Source: a virus
Lineage: Duplodnaviria > Caudoviricetes
Length of the DNA: 37,212 nucleotides
Direction: 5' to 3' (one strand)
IMG/VR virus record: IMGVR_UViG_3300030109_000534
Coordinates: 1-37,212 of that record
Shown piece by piece: positions 24,035 to 34,336 of the stretch. The position numbers and the translations under genes were made by a program. Each line of letters opens with the position of its first letter. The stretch's first letter is position 1. The notes beneath the pieces were generated by a model, which ran no database searches, was not told where the DNA came from, and saw only the letters and a program-made list of their open reading frames with translations.

Positions 24035-25871
24035 TATTTTGACCTAAATTTTTTTTAAATGTTAATGAGCTAACATCTACAGTATCTGGGAAATATTGTA
24101 TGCCAAACGGTGTGCTAATAACTCCAACTCTATTAACATATTCTTCGATAGTTTCACCATCTATTGCAGCGTATTCAGTTGGTATTGTTGCATTTAGTGT
24201 ATTTAAATATAGTTTTGGTTTTATTCTAAATTCGTTCTCTCCAAAACCTAAATACTTTTTGTCCTTTAGCAGTAATTGTGCTTCTTCATCTGCCGCACTT
24301 TGTATTGCATCAAATTTTTTATTTTCATAGACCTCTATTATTTCATCTACAATGTAATTTTCGCTTGCTACATTTGTTAACAAGTCATCTATCGGTATAC
24401 CTTTTTTTACTGCTCCTTCTACTATTTCGTTCATGTTGTTTACTGCTTCATATATTAGTAAATGATCTGCATTTGAATCTAACAGAGCCATCATACTGTT
24501 CATTCTATCTTCTGGAGCTGTTTCTGTGTCTTGTTGTATTTCTTCCATAAGTTCAAACAAATTTTGATTTCCTAATCTTTTTGCTATAGTTCTTGCTGCT
24601 GCTATAGTTTTCTTTACGTATATTTTACCTTTTTCTCTTGCAACATTTTCTGCTTTATCCTGCATAGAATTGTAAGTTTCTTGATCTATAAGATTTTGTA
24701 TGTACGCATTACTTATAAGGGCCATTTCATTTGGATCGTTGTAAGAAATAGCTCCTGAATCTATTAAATTATTTAATACAACTTCTGTGTTTCTACCTGC
24801 CTGTGTATCTACATAAGGTTGATCCATATTTGTTTGTAATGCTAAATAATCATCAACTAGTTGGTCTTTTCTAGCTGGTGTTGCATTTGAATCTCGTACG
24901 TCATCAATATAATTTTCTTCTAATTTGTTATTTTTTTTCATGTCTATTATTTTGTTTGTCAGAGTAGAGTTATCTGCATTTGCTAATCGATTTCTTTCTG
25001 CTTCATCATTTTGTGATTGTGTGTTTGCTAATGTTGTATAATTTGTTATTAAGTCTTGCCTGAATTGACTTGTAATAGGAACACTATTACCGTCAACATC
25101 TGTAAAATTAAAATTTTTATCTCCTAATTGTGATGCTATTTCTCTAGCATTTAATGTTGTATCACCAAATTCATTTTGATAAGTTGGCAAAGTTCCGTTC
25201 CCTATTGCAAATAATGCTAATTGTTCGTTTGTACGTTTTTTTACGTTTTCGTATGCAGTATTAAGTGTGTCTGGGTCAAAAATCTCATTGTTTTTGTAAT
25301 CAAGGTATGTAGCTTCATAAGTTCTGTAGAACGATTGTGCTTGTGCAACAGTAGTTGAATTGCCTATGTTTCTTATTGCATCACTAGTTGTTGTTTCGTA
25401 AGCTGTTATAGTTTTGTGATTAAATTTCTTTTTTGCTATTTTATTTACTTCAATTTTGCCTGTAACAAATTGTGTTGACATATCTGCAAGGTGTGCGTTC
25501 CATGCTATTTCATCAACTACACCATTTAATGTAAAATGTTTTTTCTTTAATTCTTTTCTCCATACTTCAACATCTTTTTCGTATAAAGATCCAAACATTT
25601 CATAATCATCTCTAGCCTCGTAACGTTGTTTTTCATCTTCAATCCATTGATTTGTTTCAGCTTGCGCTAACAATCCTTTGTTTCTTATTTCTTGATCTCT
25701 AATTTTTTGTTGTAGTGCAATTTTTTGTTCACCAAATTGATTTAGGTTTTGTTGTATTTCTTTCCCTAAATTCATTAGTGCATTAGCACCACTAGTGCCA
25801 GTTCTTATATTTCTGCCACTTCTAATTGGTGATGATCCTAGCGATCCTTCGTATCTTGGTATTCTAACCAT
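24027..25871 (-). CDS. Internal virion protein (gp15 position)
   Basis: synteny; M.RIP.Y start; helical composition. Confidence 0.65.
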   Translation of the reverse strand: MVRIPRYEGSLGSSPIRSGRNIRTGTSGANALMNLGKEIQQNLNQFGEQKIALQQKIRDQEIRNKGLLAQAETNQWIEDEKQRYEARDDYEMFGSLYEKDVEVWRKELKKKHFTLNGVVDEIAWNAHLADMSTQFVTGKIEVNKIAKKKFNHKTITAYETTTSDAIRNIGNSTTVAQAQSFYRTYEATYLDYKNNEIFDPDTLNTAYENVKKRTNEQLALFAIGNGTLPTYQNEFGDTTLNAREIASQLGDKNFNFTDVDGNSVPITSQFRQDLITNYTTLANTQSQNDEAERNRLANADNSTLTNKIIDMKKNNKLEENYIDDVRDSNATPARKDQLVDDYLALQTNMDQPYVDTQAGRNTEVVLNNLIDSGAISYNDPNEMALISNAYIQNLIDQETYNSMQDKAENVAREKGKIYVKKTIAAARTIAKRLGNQNLFELMEEIQQDTETAPEDRMNSMMALLDSNADHLLIYEAVNNMNEIVEGAVKKGIPIDDLLTNVASENYIVDEIIEVYENKKFDAIQSAADEEAQLLLKDKKYLGFGENEFRIKPKLYLNTLNATIPTEYAAIDGETIEEYVNRVGVISTPFGIQYFPDTVDVSSLTFKKNLGQNNE

Positions 25872-25880
25872 GTTTTACCT

Positions 25881-26366
25881 CTAAAATATACCTGACGTGG
25901 GAGTAGACATAGGGCCAGAAGCATAAATGCCACTACCAAATGTACTTGCTTGTTGCATCCTTGACGCTTGATTAGCACCTTGCATAAATCCACCTAATAT
26001 ACTAGATCCTGCATTATAGGTTGTTGCTGCTATTTCTCCTGCTAACTCTGCATCTCTTGTCTTACCCTCTACCCATAATCCTTTTTCCATGTACCATAAA
26101 TCTGTTTCAAACTCTTCCATGTCAGCGTTCATAGCAATCAGACTACTACCAGTTCCTACTACTATTCCAGCAGCCGCACCTCTTGCTCTTTGTTCACTTA
26201 GTAATTTTCTTTGTTCAGTTAATCTTTTTTGTTTTTCATAATGATGATTCAATTCTGATTCATATTTTTGCCAAGCTGCGTTTGCTTTCATCATTTGTAT
26301 TTGTTGTCGTGCAGCACTCATAGTAAATGCTGCGTTTATTAATGATCCAAATAATCCAAAAAACAT
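25881..26366 (-). CDS. Internal virion protein (gp14 position)
   Basis: synteny; QRA..AAAGI..G.GS motif; Ala/Gly rich. Confidence 0.7.
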   Translation of the reverse strand: MFFGLFGSLINAAFTMSAARQQIQMMKANAAWQKYESELNHHYEKQKRLTEQRKLLSEQRARGAAAGIVVGTGSSLIAMNADMEEFETDLWYMEKGLWVEGKTRDAELAGEIAATTYNAGSSILGGFMQGANQASRMQQASTFGSGIYASGPMSTPTSGIF

Positions 26367-26375
26367 TTTATTCTC

Positions 26376-28838
26376 CTAATCGCTTGTTACTAGTGTACCA
26401 GTTATTCCAAGCACTGTCATTGGTAAAGGTTGTGTTTGCTCAATCGTTACTTGTCCGTCTGTATCCCATCCTAGATTAGTTACTTTTTTATCTCCTGTAA
26501 ACTCTGGAATGTTTTGACCGACTGGTGTAGATGATGATCTAAAAGGTATCTGGTCGCCATTTATTGTTACACCTACAGTTTCGTGTAATCTTACTGCTAT
26601 CTCGTTAAATCTTTTTGGCCTGTTTTGTGCAGTGCCAGCATTTGCTCCTGCTTCTATTTTCATGGTTATTAATTTGCTAGTATAGCCTAGACCAACCTCT
26701 ACTAAATGCTGCCCACTTGTTGATGGTAGAGTTACTGATATTTGTCCGTTACTCACAGTTTGATTTGGGTATACAGCATCACCTACAAGTATTTGTACGC
26801 TTTCACCCTCTAAGTGATCCAGATTTGTTAACGTGCCATCAGCACCATTTATCAAACCACTTAATGAGCTATCCATATTTAGTGTGCTATCTAAATATTC
26901 TACATATTGTACTCTTGATCCATCTATAATTCTTTCTACAATAACGTAGACTTCATTTTCAGTATCACTAGAAACAGATGCTATAGATTTAACTTTTGCA
27001 TGATTTTTAAATATGTGTGTGCCAGATCCAACAGCGGTTAGTTGTTGCACTGTCCTGTCAATTGCTTGTTGATAAGTCCTAGCAAGATTTATTGTGTTTG
27101 CGTCTATAACATACACATAATATGTTCTGCCATCATCTAATCCTGTTATAGCAGTGTTGCCATTAGCATCATATACAACTGCATCTCCTGTTGTGTATCC
27201 GTGTGATGTTATAGTTATTTTGCCATTTTTTAATGTGTCTGATCCACTTGCTGTTAAAGCAGTGCCTGCGTTAAAAGAATGTTTTACAAATCCACCTAGT
27301 ATGTGTCTGTGCCACGCTATAATATCCTCTTCACGTTTATATGTCATACCTAACAATATTCCATCATCACGCACTGCCCAATAAATACTTTCTGGCTCTT
27401 GCGCCCATGCTATGTCATATACACCTGTGCCAGTAACATGCTCTGCAAGTATTGTCATATCTGGTGCAGAATATGCGTCATCATCAAATCTGTACGCAAA
27501 CTCTCTAATTTTTTTTCTTTGTTTTTGCACAAATAAAATTACGTTACCAATTTGCACTGCCTCTGTTGTGTTGCCTCCGTAAGTTGTTTGTAATGTTATA
27601 TTGACATTATCTGGTTTTAGTGGCTCACCTACAGGCTTACCTACTCTAAACTCACCACCTGCTGTACCTACAATTAAATCTCTTGCAGGTGCTAACCATC
27701 TTATAACATTTACTTTGTTTGCAGCAATCGTATATATAAAAGCGTCAGCCGCAGCTGATGTACCAACATCAAAGTTTGTATACAGTCCTGATTGTGATGC
27801 AAATATAGTTTGTGGAAATGATGTTGTGCCAGCAAATACTAACCTTTGTTCAAAAAATGTAACTGTTCTAGGGAATCCTAGCGTTGATACAAATGTTCCT
27901 AGTTGCCAATCTGTTGTAGCTGTGCTAGCAGATAATGTTGCTAGTATTTCTATTGTAACATTTTGTGCATCTGTAAACGCTGTAATTTTAGCATGACCAC
28001 TATGTAATTTTACTAACCTACCTACATCTGTTGCAGCAAATAAATCAGCTGATGCAACCAACGCAACACCTGTAGCTATTGCTGTAGATGCAGGATTTAG
28101 TGTTGTAGATGTAGTATTAGCGTCTAAATATGGGCCATTTTCTAACACTTCATTAGTTATGCTCCATGATGTATGACCAGTTCTTGTAAGTTTTTGCGGT
28201 GCTAATGTTTCATGCACAATATACATAATATCTGCTGATTGTGTATGTTGTATTTCATATAATATAGATTCTGTAATAGTAGTTGTAATTTCGTATATTT
28301 TATTAGCGACACCTGCAGATCCGTATGCAGTATGGCTAGTGCTGTTTATGTTTACACCAGCTAGTGTTTGTAATTCAAAAGTGTTTGTAGTTTTGTTTGC
28401 AACTTTAAATCTTTTTCCGTTTACTTCTGTCATGCCTACAACACCTGTAATTATAACCTCATCACCGTTTGTATAACCATGTGATGTTGCAGTTACTACA
28501 GCAGGATTAGCTTGTGTTATACCACTTATAGTTTTGTTAGATTCTGTAATTATACCTTCGTCTTTATAAAATCTTATGTACTGGTGTCCAAACTCTAATA
28601 TATAAGTTTGTTCATCATTAAATTCAAAAGGTATTAGTCTTGTTGTTTTTGTGTGATCTTTTACTGGGCCTATATATCTTGTGCCATATCTTCGTGCTGC
28701 TCCGCCTTGTGGAAAAATAGTCATGTTCTCTAATGTTTCTACACCATTAGCATATTTTTTGAAGTCAATTTGTCCAGCTAATTTAGGACTTAATTCACCA
28801 GCAGTAAAATTTGATTGAAAGGGATGTACTCTTGCCAT
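26376..28838 (-). CDS. Tail tubular protein B (nozzle)
   Basis: QSNFTAGELSP, RLIPFEF, TFFEQRLVF motifs. Confidence 0.9.
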   Translation of the reverse strand: MARVHPFQSNFTAGELSPKLAGQIDFKKYANGVETLENMTIFPQGGAARRYGTRYIGPVKDHTKTTRLIPFEFNDEQTYILEFGHQYIRFYKDEGIITESNKTISGITQANPAVVTATSHGYTNGDEVIITGVVGMTEVNGKRFKVANKTTNTFELQTLAGVNINSTSHTAYGSAGVANKIYEITTTITESILYEIQHTQSADIMYIVHETLAPQKLTRTGHTSWSITNEVLENGPYLDANTTSTTLNPASTAIATGVALVASADLFAATDVGRLVKLHSGHAKITAFTDAQNVTIEILATLSASTATTDWQLGTFVSTLGFPRTVTFFEQRLVFAGTTSFPQTIFASQSGLYTNFDVGTSAAADAFIYTIAANKVNVIRWLAPARDLIVGTAGGEFRVGKPVGEPLKPDNVNITLQTTYGGNTTEAVQIGNVILFVQKQRKKIREFAYRFDDDAYSAPDMTILAEHVTGTGVYDIAWAQEPESIYWAVRDDGILLGMTYKREEDIIAWHRHILGGFVKHSFNAGTALTASGSDTLKNGKITITSHGYTTGDAVVYDANGNTAITGLDDGRTYYVYVIDANTINLARTYQQAIDRTVQQLTAVGSGTHIFKNHAKVKSIASVSSDTENEVYVIVERIIDGSRVQYVEYLDSTLNMDSSLSGLINGADGTLTNLDHLEGESVQILVGDAVYPNQTVSNGQISVTLPSTSGQHLVEVGLGYTSKLITMKIEAGANAGTAQNRPKRFNEIAVRLHETVGVTINGDQIPFRSSSTPVGQNIPEFTGDKKVTNLGWDTDGQVTIEQTQPLPMTVLGITGTLVTSD

Positions 28839-29419
28839 TATGTTCTAAAGTCCGTAAATGTTGTTGAAACAAAGTCATCTACAAATCCTTCCATTCCATC
28901 AACACTTCTGGCTTCAGATAGTTTATCTCTATATAGTTTTTCCATTTGTGATTGCAACTGCACACTGCCTGTTATTGGATAAGCAAGATCGGCAGATAAT
29001 TTTGCTGTTAATGTTTCTGTAAACATTGAATCAAATAATGTAGGATTTGTAATTTTTGCTATGTAAAGTATTTTTGCTGTGCTTTCATCAGATAATAATA
29101 CTCTACCGTTTGTAGCGTCATTCTCTATTTTAAATATATAATCTGCAAATTCCATTTCTAACACACGCAAACAATATGGATCTGTTGGAAGTGCATACAT
29201 GTAGTCGAATCCGTATGCTGGGGTTGTGCTAAGTTGTGCTAACGCAGCTCTTGTAATAGCAAAATTCCACGGATGTGAACGCAATGTAAGATCTCTTGCA
29301 TCTTCGTAAAACGCATTACACAATCTTGCTCTTTCTGTATCATCTGTCAAGCTAGTGATTGGATCATCACCTAATCGCCTTAGTGCGTTACTGCATATAG
29401 AAACTTCTGTTACCATCAT
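28838..29419 (-). CDS. Tail tubular protein A (adaptor)
   Basis: ICSNAL..LG..PI...HPWNFA...Y.LP.D. Confidence 0.88.
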   Translation of the reverse strand: MMVTEVSICSNALRRLGDDPITSLTDDTERARLCNAFYEDARDLTLRSHPWNFAITRAALAQLSTTPAYGFDYMYALPTDPYCLRVLEMEFADYIFKIENDATNGRVLLSDESTAKILYIAKITNPTLFDSMFTETLTAKLSADLAYPITGSVQLQSQMEKLYRDKLSEARSVDGMEGFVDDFVSTTFTDFRT

Positions 29420-29434
29420 ACACCTTTGTAGTTA

Positions 29435-29454
29435 GGGGGGATGTTACTCCCCCC
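29435..29454 (-). terminator. GC hairpin after capsid genes (leaky terminator or mRNA stabiliser)
   Basis: GGGGGGA-TGTTAC-TCCCCCC; no U-tail on - strand. Confidence 0.5.
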
Positions 29455-29466
29455 ATGTTGTTGTTC

Positions 29467-29931
29467 TTAGTCAAGAACGTAGTACATAGTCAATTCAATT
29501 GTACCTGTACCAGCAGCTCCACCCATAACAACAGTAATAGGAATACCATCTTGGTTAGCGTCTACGACACTATTTCTTCCTAATGCTGATGTTACTGCTA
29601 CTGCCACCGTAGTGATAGATGTAGAAGCAGCTGCTGCAAAGTATTCGTCAACATCTAATGCAACTGTTGCACCTGCAGAGCTTGTATAAGCTGCGTGTCC
29701 AACAGATAGTGTTGTACTACTACCTAGAGCATCATGGGTAAGTGTACCTTCTAATATTCTAGCACCGTTAGGTAGATTGAACATTTCAATAACATCTCCT
29801 GATGCAAGGCTTGATGCTTCGTATAGTGCATAAGCAATACGTAGCCTTCCGCCTTTTTCATTCGTGTTAATTTTTTCAGAAGGGTTATTCTGCGACCATT
29901 TTGTTTTTTGTACTGAATAAACTGTAGCCAT
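29467..29931 (-). CDS. Capsid cement/decoration-like protein
   Basis: directly after MCP; GDVI.M..LP.GARIL beta-rich motif. Confidence 0.65.
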   Translation of the reverse strand: MATVYSVQKTKWSQNNPSEKINTNEKGGRLRIAYALYEASSLASGDVIEMFNLPNGARILEGTLTHDALGSSTTLSVGHAAYTSSAGATVALDVDEYFAAAASTSITTVAVAVTSALGRNSVVDANQDGIPITVVMGGAAGTGTIELTMYYVLD

Positions 29932-29943
29932 TTTTCAATCCTC

Positions 29944-30804
29944 CTATTCTGTGCAAGCTATTTCAACGACTTTTTCGTCCTCGATACGTGTAGCACCGAT
30001 AGTCATTGATAGGAATACTTGCGTTGCATAGTTCTTATCTGAACGTTCGCTGATGCGAGTGTTCACATCTTGACCGACAGCAAGTCCTATTCCTGATGAA
30101 GTGAAAGCTAACACTTGGCGATTAGAATCACTGTCAGTACCTAGACGTTGAGTTCTAATAAAATTAAAACCTAAGAAAGTGTTAATTTCGCCTTGCACAA
30201 GTGCTTTCACACTAGAAAAATCTGCTGAAGTTACTTGTGTTACTCCTAACAAATCAGTTAATTGGCCTGCAGTAACCACGCAATATCTTGGTTCGTCTGG
30301 ATCAACATCATTAGCATCAAGAATTTCTTTAGCTGATAATAGTTTTGCCAGTGTTAAACCTGCAGATCCGTGAGCAACTTTTTGACCAGATGGAAGAGCC
30401 ACACTAGTTCCACCACTTACACCGCCATAAGCTGTGCCTGTAGCTGCACTAATAATTGAATCATCCATTGCTCGGCCCATTGCCCATGCGCCTGCCATTG
30501 CGTATTCTGATTGAGGCGAAATAAGCATACGTACCTTATCCTCGTTATCAATCAAGTCTGCCCAGTCGTAATCGTCCATAGTTACTTTACGTCTGGAGTG
30601 TGGTGTATCCATTCTTGGTGTGTCAGCATGGCGTGATGTTCTACGCTCTGCTGCAGCAGTACCGATTCTTTCAAAGAAATGAGCTTTACCAACAACCGTT
30701 TCTGATCTAACCGCATCTCTTAATCTTGAACCTTTTTGCTGTGCCAAGTGGAACACGTTGCTTTTGTATTGCTCGACAAAAGCTGTAGTGATTTCTATTG
30801 ACAT
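29944..30804 (-). CDS. Major capsid protein
   Basis: FVEQY...LAQQKGSRLR...A.AMGRAMDD.II...FLGFNFI...GATRIEDEKVVEIAC (BPP-1/HTVC010P-like). Confidence 0.93.
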   Translation of the reverse strand: MSIEITTAFVEQYKSNVFHLAQQKGSRLRDAVRSETVVGKAHFFERIGTAAAERRTSRHADTPRMDTPHSRRKVTMDDYDWADLIDNEDKVRMLISPQSEYAMAGAWAMGRAMDDSIISAATGTAYGGVSGGTSVALPSGQKVAHGSAGLTLAKLLSAKEILDANDVDPDEPRYCVVTAGQLTDLLGVTQVTSADFSSVKALVQGEINTFLGFNFIRTQRLGTDSDSNRQVLAFTSSGIGLAVGQDVNTRISERSDKNYATQVFLSMTIGATRIEDEKVVEIACTE

Positions 30805-30810
30805 AATAGT

Positions 30811-30975
30811 TCTCCTGTTAAGTTAAAGTTAAAACGGTTTTTATCCTGTAACACAGGGAAACCTTACAGATAACGCACTGTCATACGGATTTTAAGGCAT
30901 CATACCCACAGTGCAAGTTATCCAAAAGGACTTGCAATTGTTAAACTAGTATAACATAGAACATTTAGATTACAA
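30811..30975 (-). promoter_or_regulatory. Capsid promoter and structured 5' leader
   Basis: TTGTAA-16-TGtTATACT; hairpins 30912-30936 and 30836-30863; long stem 30869-30881/30908-30922; TTAACTTTA then AGGAG SD. Confidence 0.65.
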
Positions 30976-30982
30976 ATCTTAA

Positions 30983-31804
30983 TTATCTACCGTAAACTTT
31001 TTCATGTAGTTGTCTGACTTTTTCTACAGCAGCTCTATGATCTGGGTGTGATCCTTTGAAGTAAGGATGGTCTGGATTAGAATATATATCAGAAATTTCA
31101 TCTTGTGCATCTAATCGAGAAGTTGCAAGATTATTATTCTGTGTGTTCTGTGTCATATCTTCTGTTACTTCAGCACCTAATCTTGCAAATAATTTTACTA
31201 CAGCAGGATTGTTACCAGCTGTTGTATTCATTAGCTCCATTATTTCTGGATCTCCATATACTTGCAATGCTCTTTGTGCAGCTCGTACATTTTTATCGTA
31301 ATCAATACCCCATTCTTTTTTTAGCACATTTTCTGTTTCTTCTTTTTGTGCCGCTAATATTGACGGTTGATTATCCATTTCAGCAGTAACCATGCCTGCT
31401 TGATATTCCATCAGTGCGTTTACTTGATTTTGACTTAATCCAATATTGTGTGCTACATTTCTAAACTCGCCCATAATATTATCATTAAAATAAGCATCCA
31501 TACCTTCTGGTACTTTCATCTCGTATCCTGTTGGCTCGTCTGGTCTGCCTAATTTGCCATACAATTCTTTGTATTCATCATCTGTTTTTGGTAGTGGTAT
31601 TCTACTGCCCATTTGTTTTTGTTGATGAACAACTGTTTTTGCAAGACTTTCTACGTCTTTAAATTGTGCTATTGTAGGATCATTAGCAAGATCAGATGGT
31701 AGTGATGATTTCCAATCTAGGTTATCGCTATCTACTTCAGATCCAAGTACAGTGCTGTCTTGGGTTGCCTGTGTTTCCATATCGGCCTGTTCTTCTGGGT
31801 ACAT
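30983..31804 (-). CDS. Capsid scaffolding protein
   Basis: W..SLP...F..VESLAK...KLGRP...LKKEWG; between portal and MCP. Confidence 0.85.
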   Translation of the reverse strand: MYPEEQADMETQATQDSTVLGSEVDSDNLDWKSSLPSDLANDPTIAQFKDVESLAKTVVHQQKQMGSRIPLPKTDDEYKELYGKLGRPDEPTGYEMKVPEGMDAYFNDNIMGEFRNVAHNIGLSQNQVNALMEYQAGMVTAEMDNQPSILAAQKEETENVLKKEWGIDYDKNVRAAQRALQVYGDPEIMELMNTTAGNNPAVVKLFARLGAEVTEDMTQNTQNNNLATSRLDAQDEISDIYSNPDHPYFKGSHPDHRAAVEKVRQLHEKVYGR

Positions 31805-32032
31805 TTACTCTTTCCTTTGTTCTGTTAAACGTGTTATGCGTAAGTAAAGGCTACGCTGACCTTCTTTAAAGGCTGTGTGGTACGGATCTTGTTCATAACT
31901 TAATCTGTCGCCATAAGCAGCTTTCAAATCCTCTAATACTTTTTTGCCTGCGTCAGTATCAAAACATTGTCTGTAGTTTTCTACGAGTTCGATATGATCT
32001 CTTTCGTAATCATCCATTTGATCTATTGTCAT
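31805..32032 (-). CDS. Bbp19-like small protein
   Basis: Y..CF.TDAGKKVLEDL...TAFKEGQRS. Confidence 0.75.
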   Translation of the reverse strand: MTIDQMDDYERDHIELVENYRQCFDTDAGKKVLEDLKAAYGDRLSYEQDPYHTAFKEGQRSLYLRITRLTEQRKE

Positions 32033-33705
32033 GTTAATGCTTCTGCTTGTGCCTGTGCTTCTTGTATAGCTCTTTGTGCGTCTGGATCAGCAAGTGCTTT
32101 AGCTGCGTCTGCCTGCGACTGTGTAGTTTGCGCTGCCTGCTGCTCTTGCATCATTTGCTGTTGTAGCATTTGTTGCTGTGCTTGTGCTTGTCGAGATTCT
32201 TCTACATCATCTCTGCTAACCAGTATACTGTTTGGTACACCTAGTAGTTTTGCTCTCATTCTAACAGCTTCGTCATGGTTTATTATTTCCATAACAGCAG
32301 GATTTATTTGTGCAATGTTCATAGCGAGCTGATACAATCTGTCTATTGCATTAGCCTCTTCCATTCTTTGTGATCTTGCTAATGGCCCAACGTACTCAAT
32401 GTCCATCTTTGTATCTTGTATGCTATCAGGGGGAGGGAGTAACGCCCCTGCTCTTAGCATAATACCAAAAATACGTTCGATTAAAGGATTAAGAAACTCT
32501 GATTGGAATCTACCTAACGTTGGGCCAAGCAATCTTTGCATTAGTTCATAACGAACCTGCACTTCAGTAGCAGTCATTTGAGGGCCATCTTGTAACTGCA
32601 ACTGGTCTGAATAATAGGCTTGCCTTATTGCTGTGCGTAATTGGGTTTCCTTCATGTCAGTTATTTGCCAATTAGTGCCTATTTGTAACGGTTTAATTGC
32701 ACCATCATTTCTAATAACAGTAATACCAGCTGGTGTTGTCCTCACACGACCTATAACACCGTCATCTTGTACTAACAATGGTGGATCTATAGCTTTGGCC
32801 CATGCTTTTAGTCCTATCTCTACAGCTTTGTTTAATGTTTTTATATCTGGCAAAGCATTATATGATGGACTGCGACCGTATGTTTCACCAGTCGCTTTTG
32901 CCCACCGAGGTACGAGATATGGAAATTCGTTGTAGCCACCAGAGCGAACAATCATCTTGTCCTCTTCACAAGCATGGCAACTATGAAACTTTAACTTAGT
33001 ATTACTTTCACCTGTCATGCGTGTGTAATCTTCTGCTGGCTCAACAGCATGGATAAAAACAAACTCTTTTTCTGGTTTAGAGTGCGCTGCCTCTTTTACC
33101 TTATCACCGAGATTGTCCTCACCAAACTCTTGCAAGGCTTGTCGTGCTGTCATTTTGTATTTGCGATAGACAGTATCAACATAGCCATTTACGTTTTCTT
33201 GTATGTAAAATTCATTTATGTGTAGTGTTTTAAAATGTATGCCACCCTCTGCAAAACCTTTTGAGTTTTCTTCTACAAACAAACATCCTGTACCAATAGA
33301 TGTAAGATCAAGATACATCTCGTGTACTTCTGTGTTAAAGTTTGCGTCATTAAATGCGTCATACATTCGTCTAGCTGTATCTTCTAACCACAGCTGTGCA
33401 TCTCTTTGTTCATTTAATTCTTTGTCGCGTAATTTTATAGAAAACCACGGTAGTGATGGTGATGTAAGTGTGCCTTGTAAACTTGCGGCAAGTAAAGTGT
33501 TGGCTGTTATAGCTGTGCTATCGTATAGTATCTCTGTTCTTTTTTCACCTTTTGCACGGACTAAAGTTACATCTGCTTTTCTTGGCATAACATAATCTAG
33601 TATTTCTTGCCAATGATCCTCCCAAGTTTCTCTTGAGCTAGTCATTGCGCTCATACGTTTTTTTAAATAATCGTATGGTGCAAGTGTTTCTTTTGCAACA
33701 GCCAT
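32029..33705 (-). CDS. Portal (head-tail connector)
   Basis: FPYLVPRW...ETYGRSP...MTATEV...LGP..GR.Q.E.L.PLI. Confidence 0.95.
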   Translation of the reverse strand: MAVAKETLAPYDYLKKRMSAMTSSRETWEDHWQEILDYVMPRKADVTLVRAKGEKRTEILYDSTAITANTLLAASLQGTLTSPSLPWFSIKLRDKELNEQRDAQLWLEDTARRMYDAFNDANFNTEVHEMYLDLTSIGTGCLFVEENSKGFAEGGIHFKTLHINEFYIQENVNGYVDTVYRKYKMTARQALQEFGEDNLGDKVKEAAHSKPEKEFVFIHAVEPAEDYTRMTGESNTKLKFHSCHACEEDKMIVRSGGYNEFPYLVPRWAKATGETYGRSPSYNALPDIKTLNKAVEIGLKAWAKAIDPPLLVQDDGVIGRVRTTPAGITVIRNDGAIKPLQIGTNWQITDMKETQLRTAIRQAYYSDQLQLQDGPQMTATEVQVRYELMQRLLGPTLGRFQSEFLNPLIERIFGIMLRAGALLPPPDSIQDTKMDIEYVGPLARSQRMEEANAIDRLYQLAMNIAQINPAVMEIINHDEAVRMRAKLLGVPNSILVSRDDVEESRQAQAQQQMLQQQMMQEQQAAQTTQSQADAAKALADPDAQRAIQEAQAQAEALT

Positions 33706-33917
33706 TACTGTGATCCTGTTCCTAATACAGTTTTACCAACATTTGCTTCGTCAGTTACGCCTTGTCCGCCTGTCATAATACTATAACCTAGACCTGATTT
33801 ACCTGCCTTTATCATTCTTTGTCTTTCTTTTTCAAGTGATGCTTCTTTTTCAGCAGTTCTATCTGTAACAGACGTATCAATTTGTGGCGGCATCTCTGGT
33901 TTCATCTTCATACCCAT
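33705..33917 (-). CDS. Small virion protein (T7 gp7.3-like position)
   Basis: MG start; IMTGGQGVTDEANVGKTVLG. Confidence 0.7.
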   Translation of the reverse strand: MGMKMKPEMPPQIDTSVTDRTAEKEASLEKERQRMIKAGKSGLGYSIMTGGQGVTDEANVGKTVLGTGSQ

Positions 33918-34336
33918 TTACATTCTCCTTTTAACATTCCGTATAAAGCTGCATCTACATACTTATTATTTACTAACATTGCTTGTCTAATTACACCTTC
34001 TTTTACAAAACCAACACCTTGCAGTAATCTTTCGTTTCTTCTGTAACCATCAACACACATAGCTGTTATTCTACCACATTTGCATTGATTAAAAGCATAA
34101 TCAAACATCAATCTTATATATCTTCTTTGACACAATCTTGCATCATCTATTGCTAAATGCACAAAAATATTGTAACCATCAAAATCTGAAAACAATAAAC
34201 ATGCCTTAATACTATTATCTACTAAAAAAGCAATATGTCTATCGTTTTCTTCCAGCTCCCTGTTTATATGCGCCCTGCTCTTTATCCAATCGTACGCTTC
34301 TTGTTTTGTATTGTCGTCTGTACGGACTTCAATCAT
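33908..34336 (-). CDS. GNAT-family acetyltransferase
   Basis: MFDYAFNQCKC.RITA...NERLL..VGFVKEGVIR...YGMLK.ECKW. Confidence 0.85.
   Translation of the reverse strand: MIEVRTDDNTKQEAYDWIKSRAHINRELEENDRHIAFLVDNSIKACLLFSDFDGYNIFVHLAIDDARLCQRRYIRLMFDYAFNQCKCGRITAMCVDGYRRNERLLQGVGFVKEGVIRQAMLVNNKYVDAALYGMLKGECKWV

Noticed and set aside
141-29300. Apparent excess of AGATCT/GATC
   Set aside because: Not quantifiable by eye and may reflect Asp-Leu/Asp-Pro codon usage.
29931-29950. Capsid frameshift or readthrough into the next gene
   Set aside because: No slippery site at the MCP end; the next gene has its own AGGAG SD.
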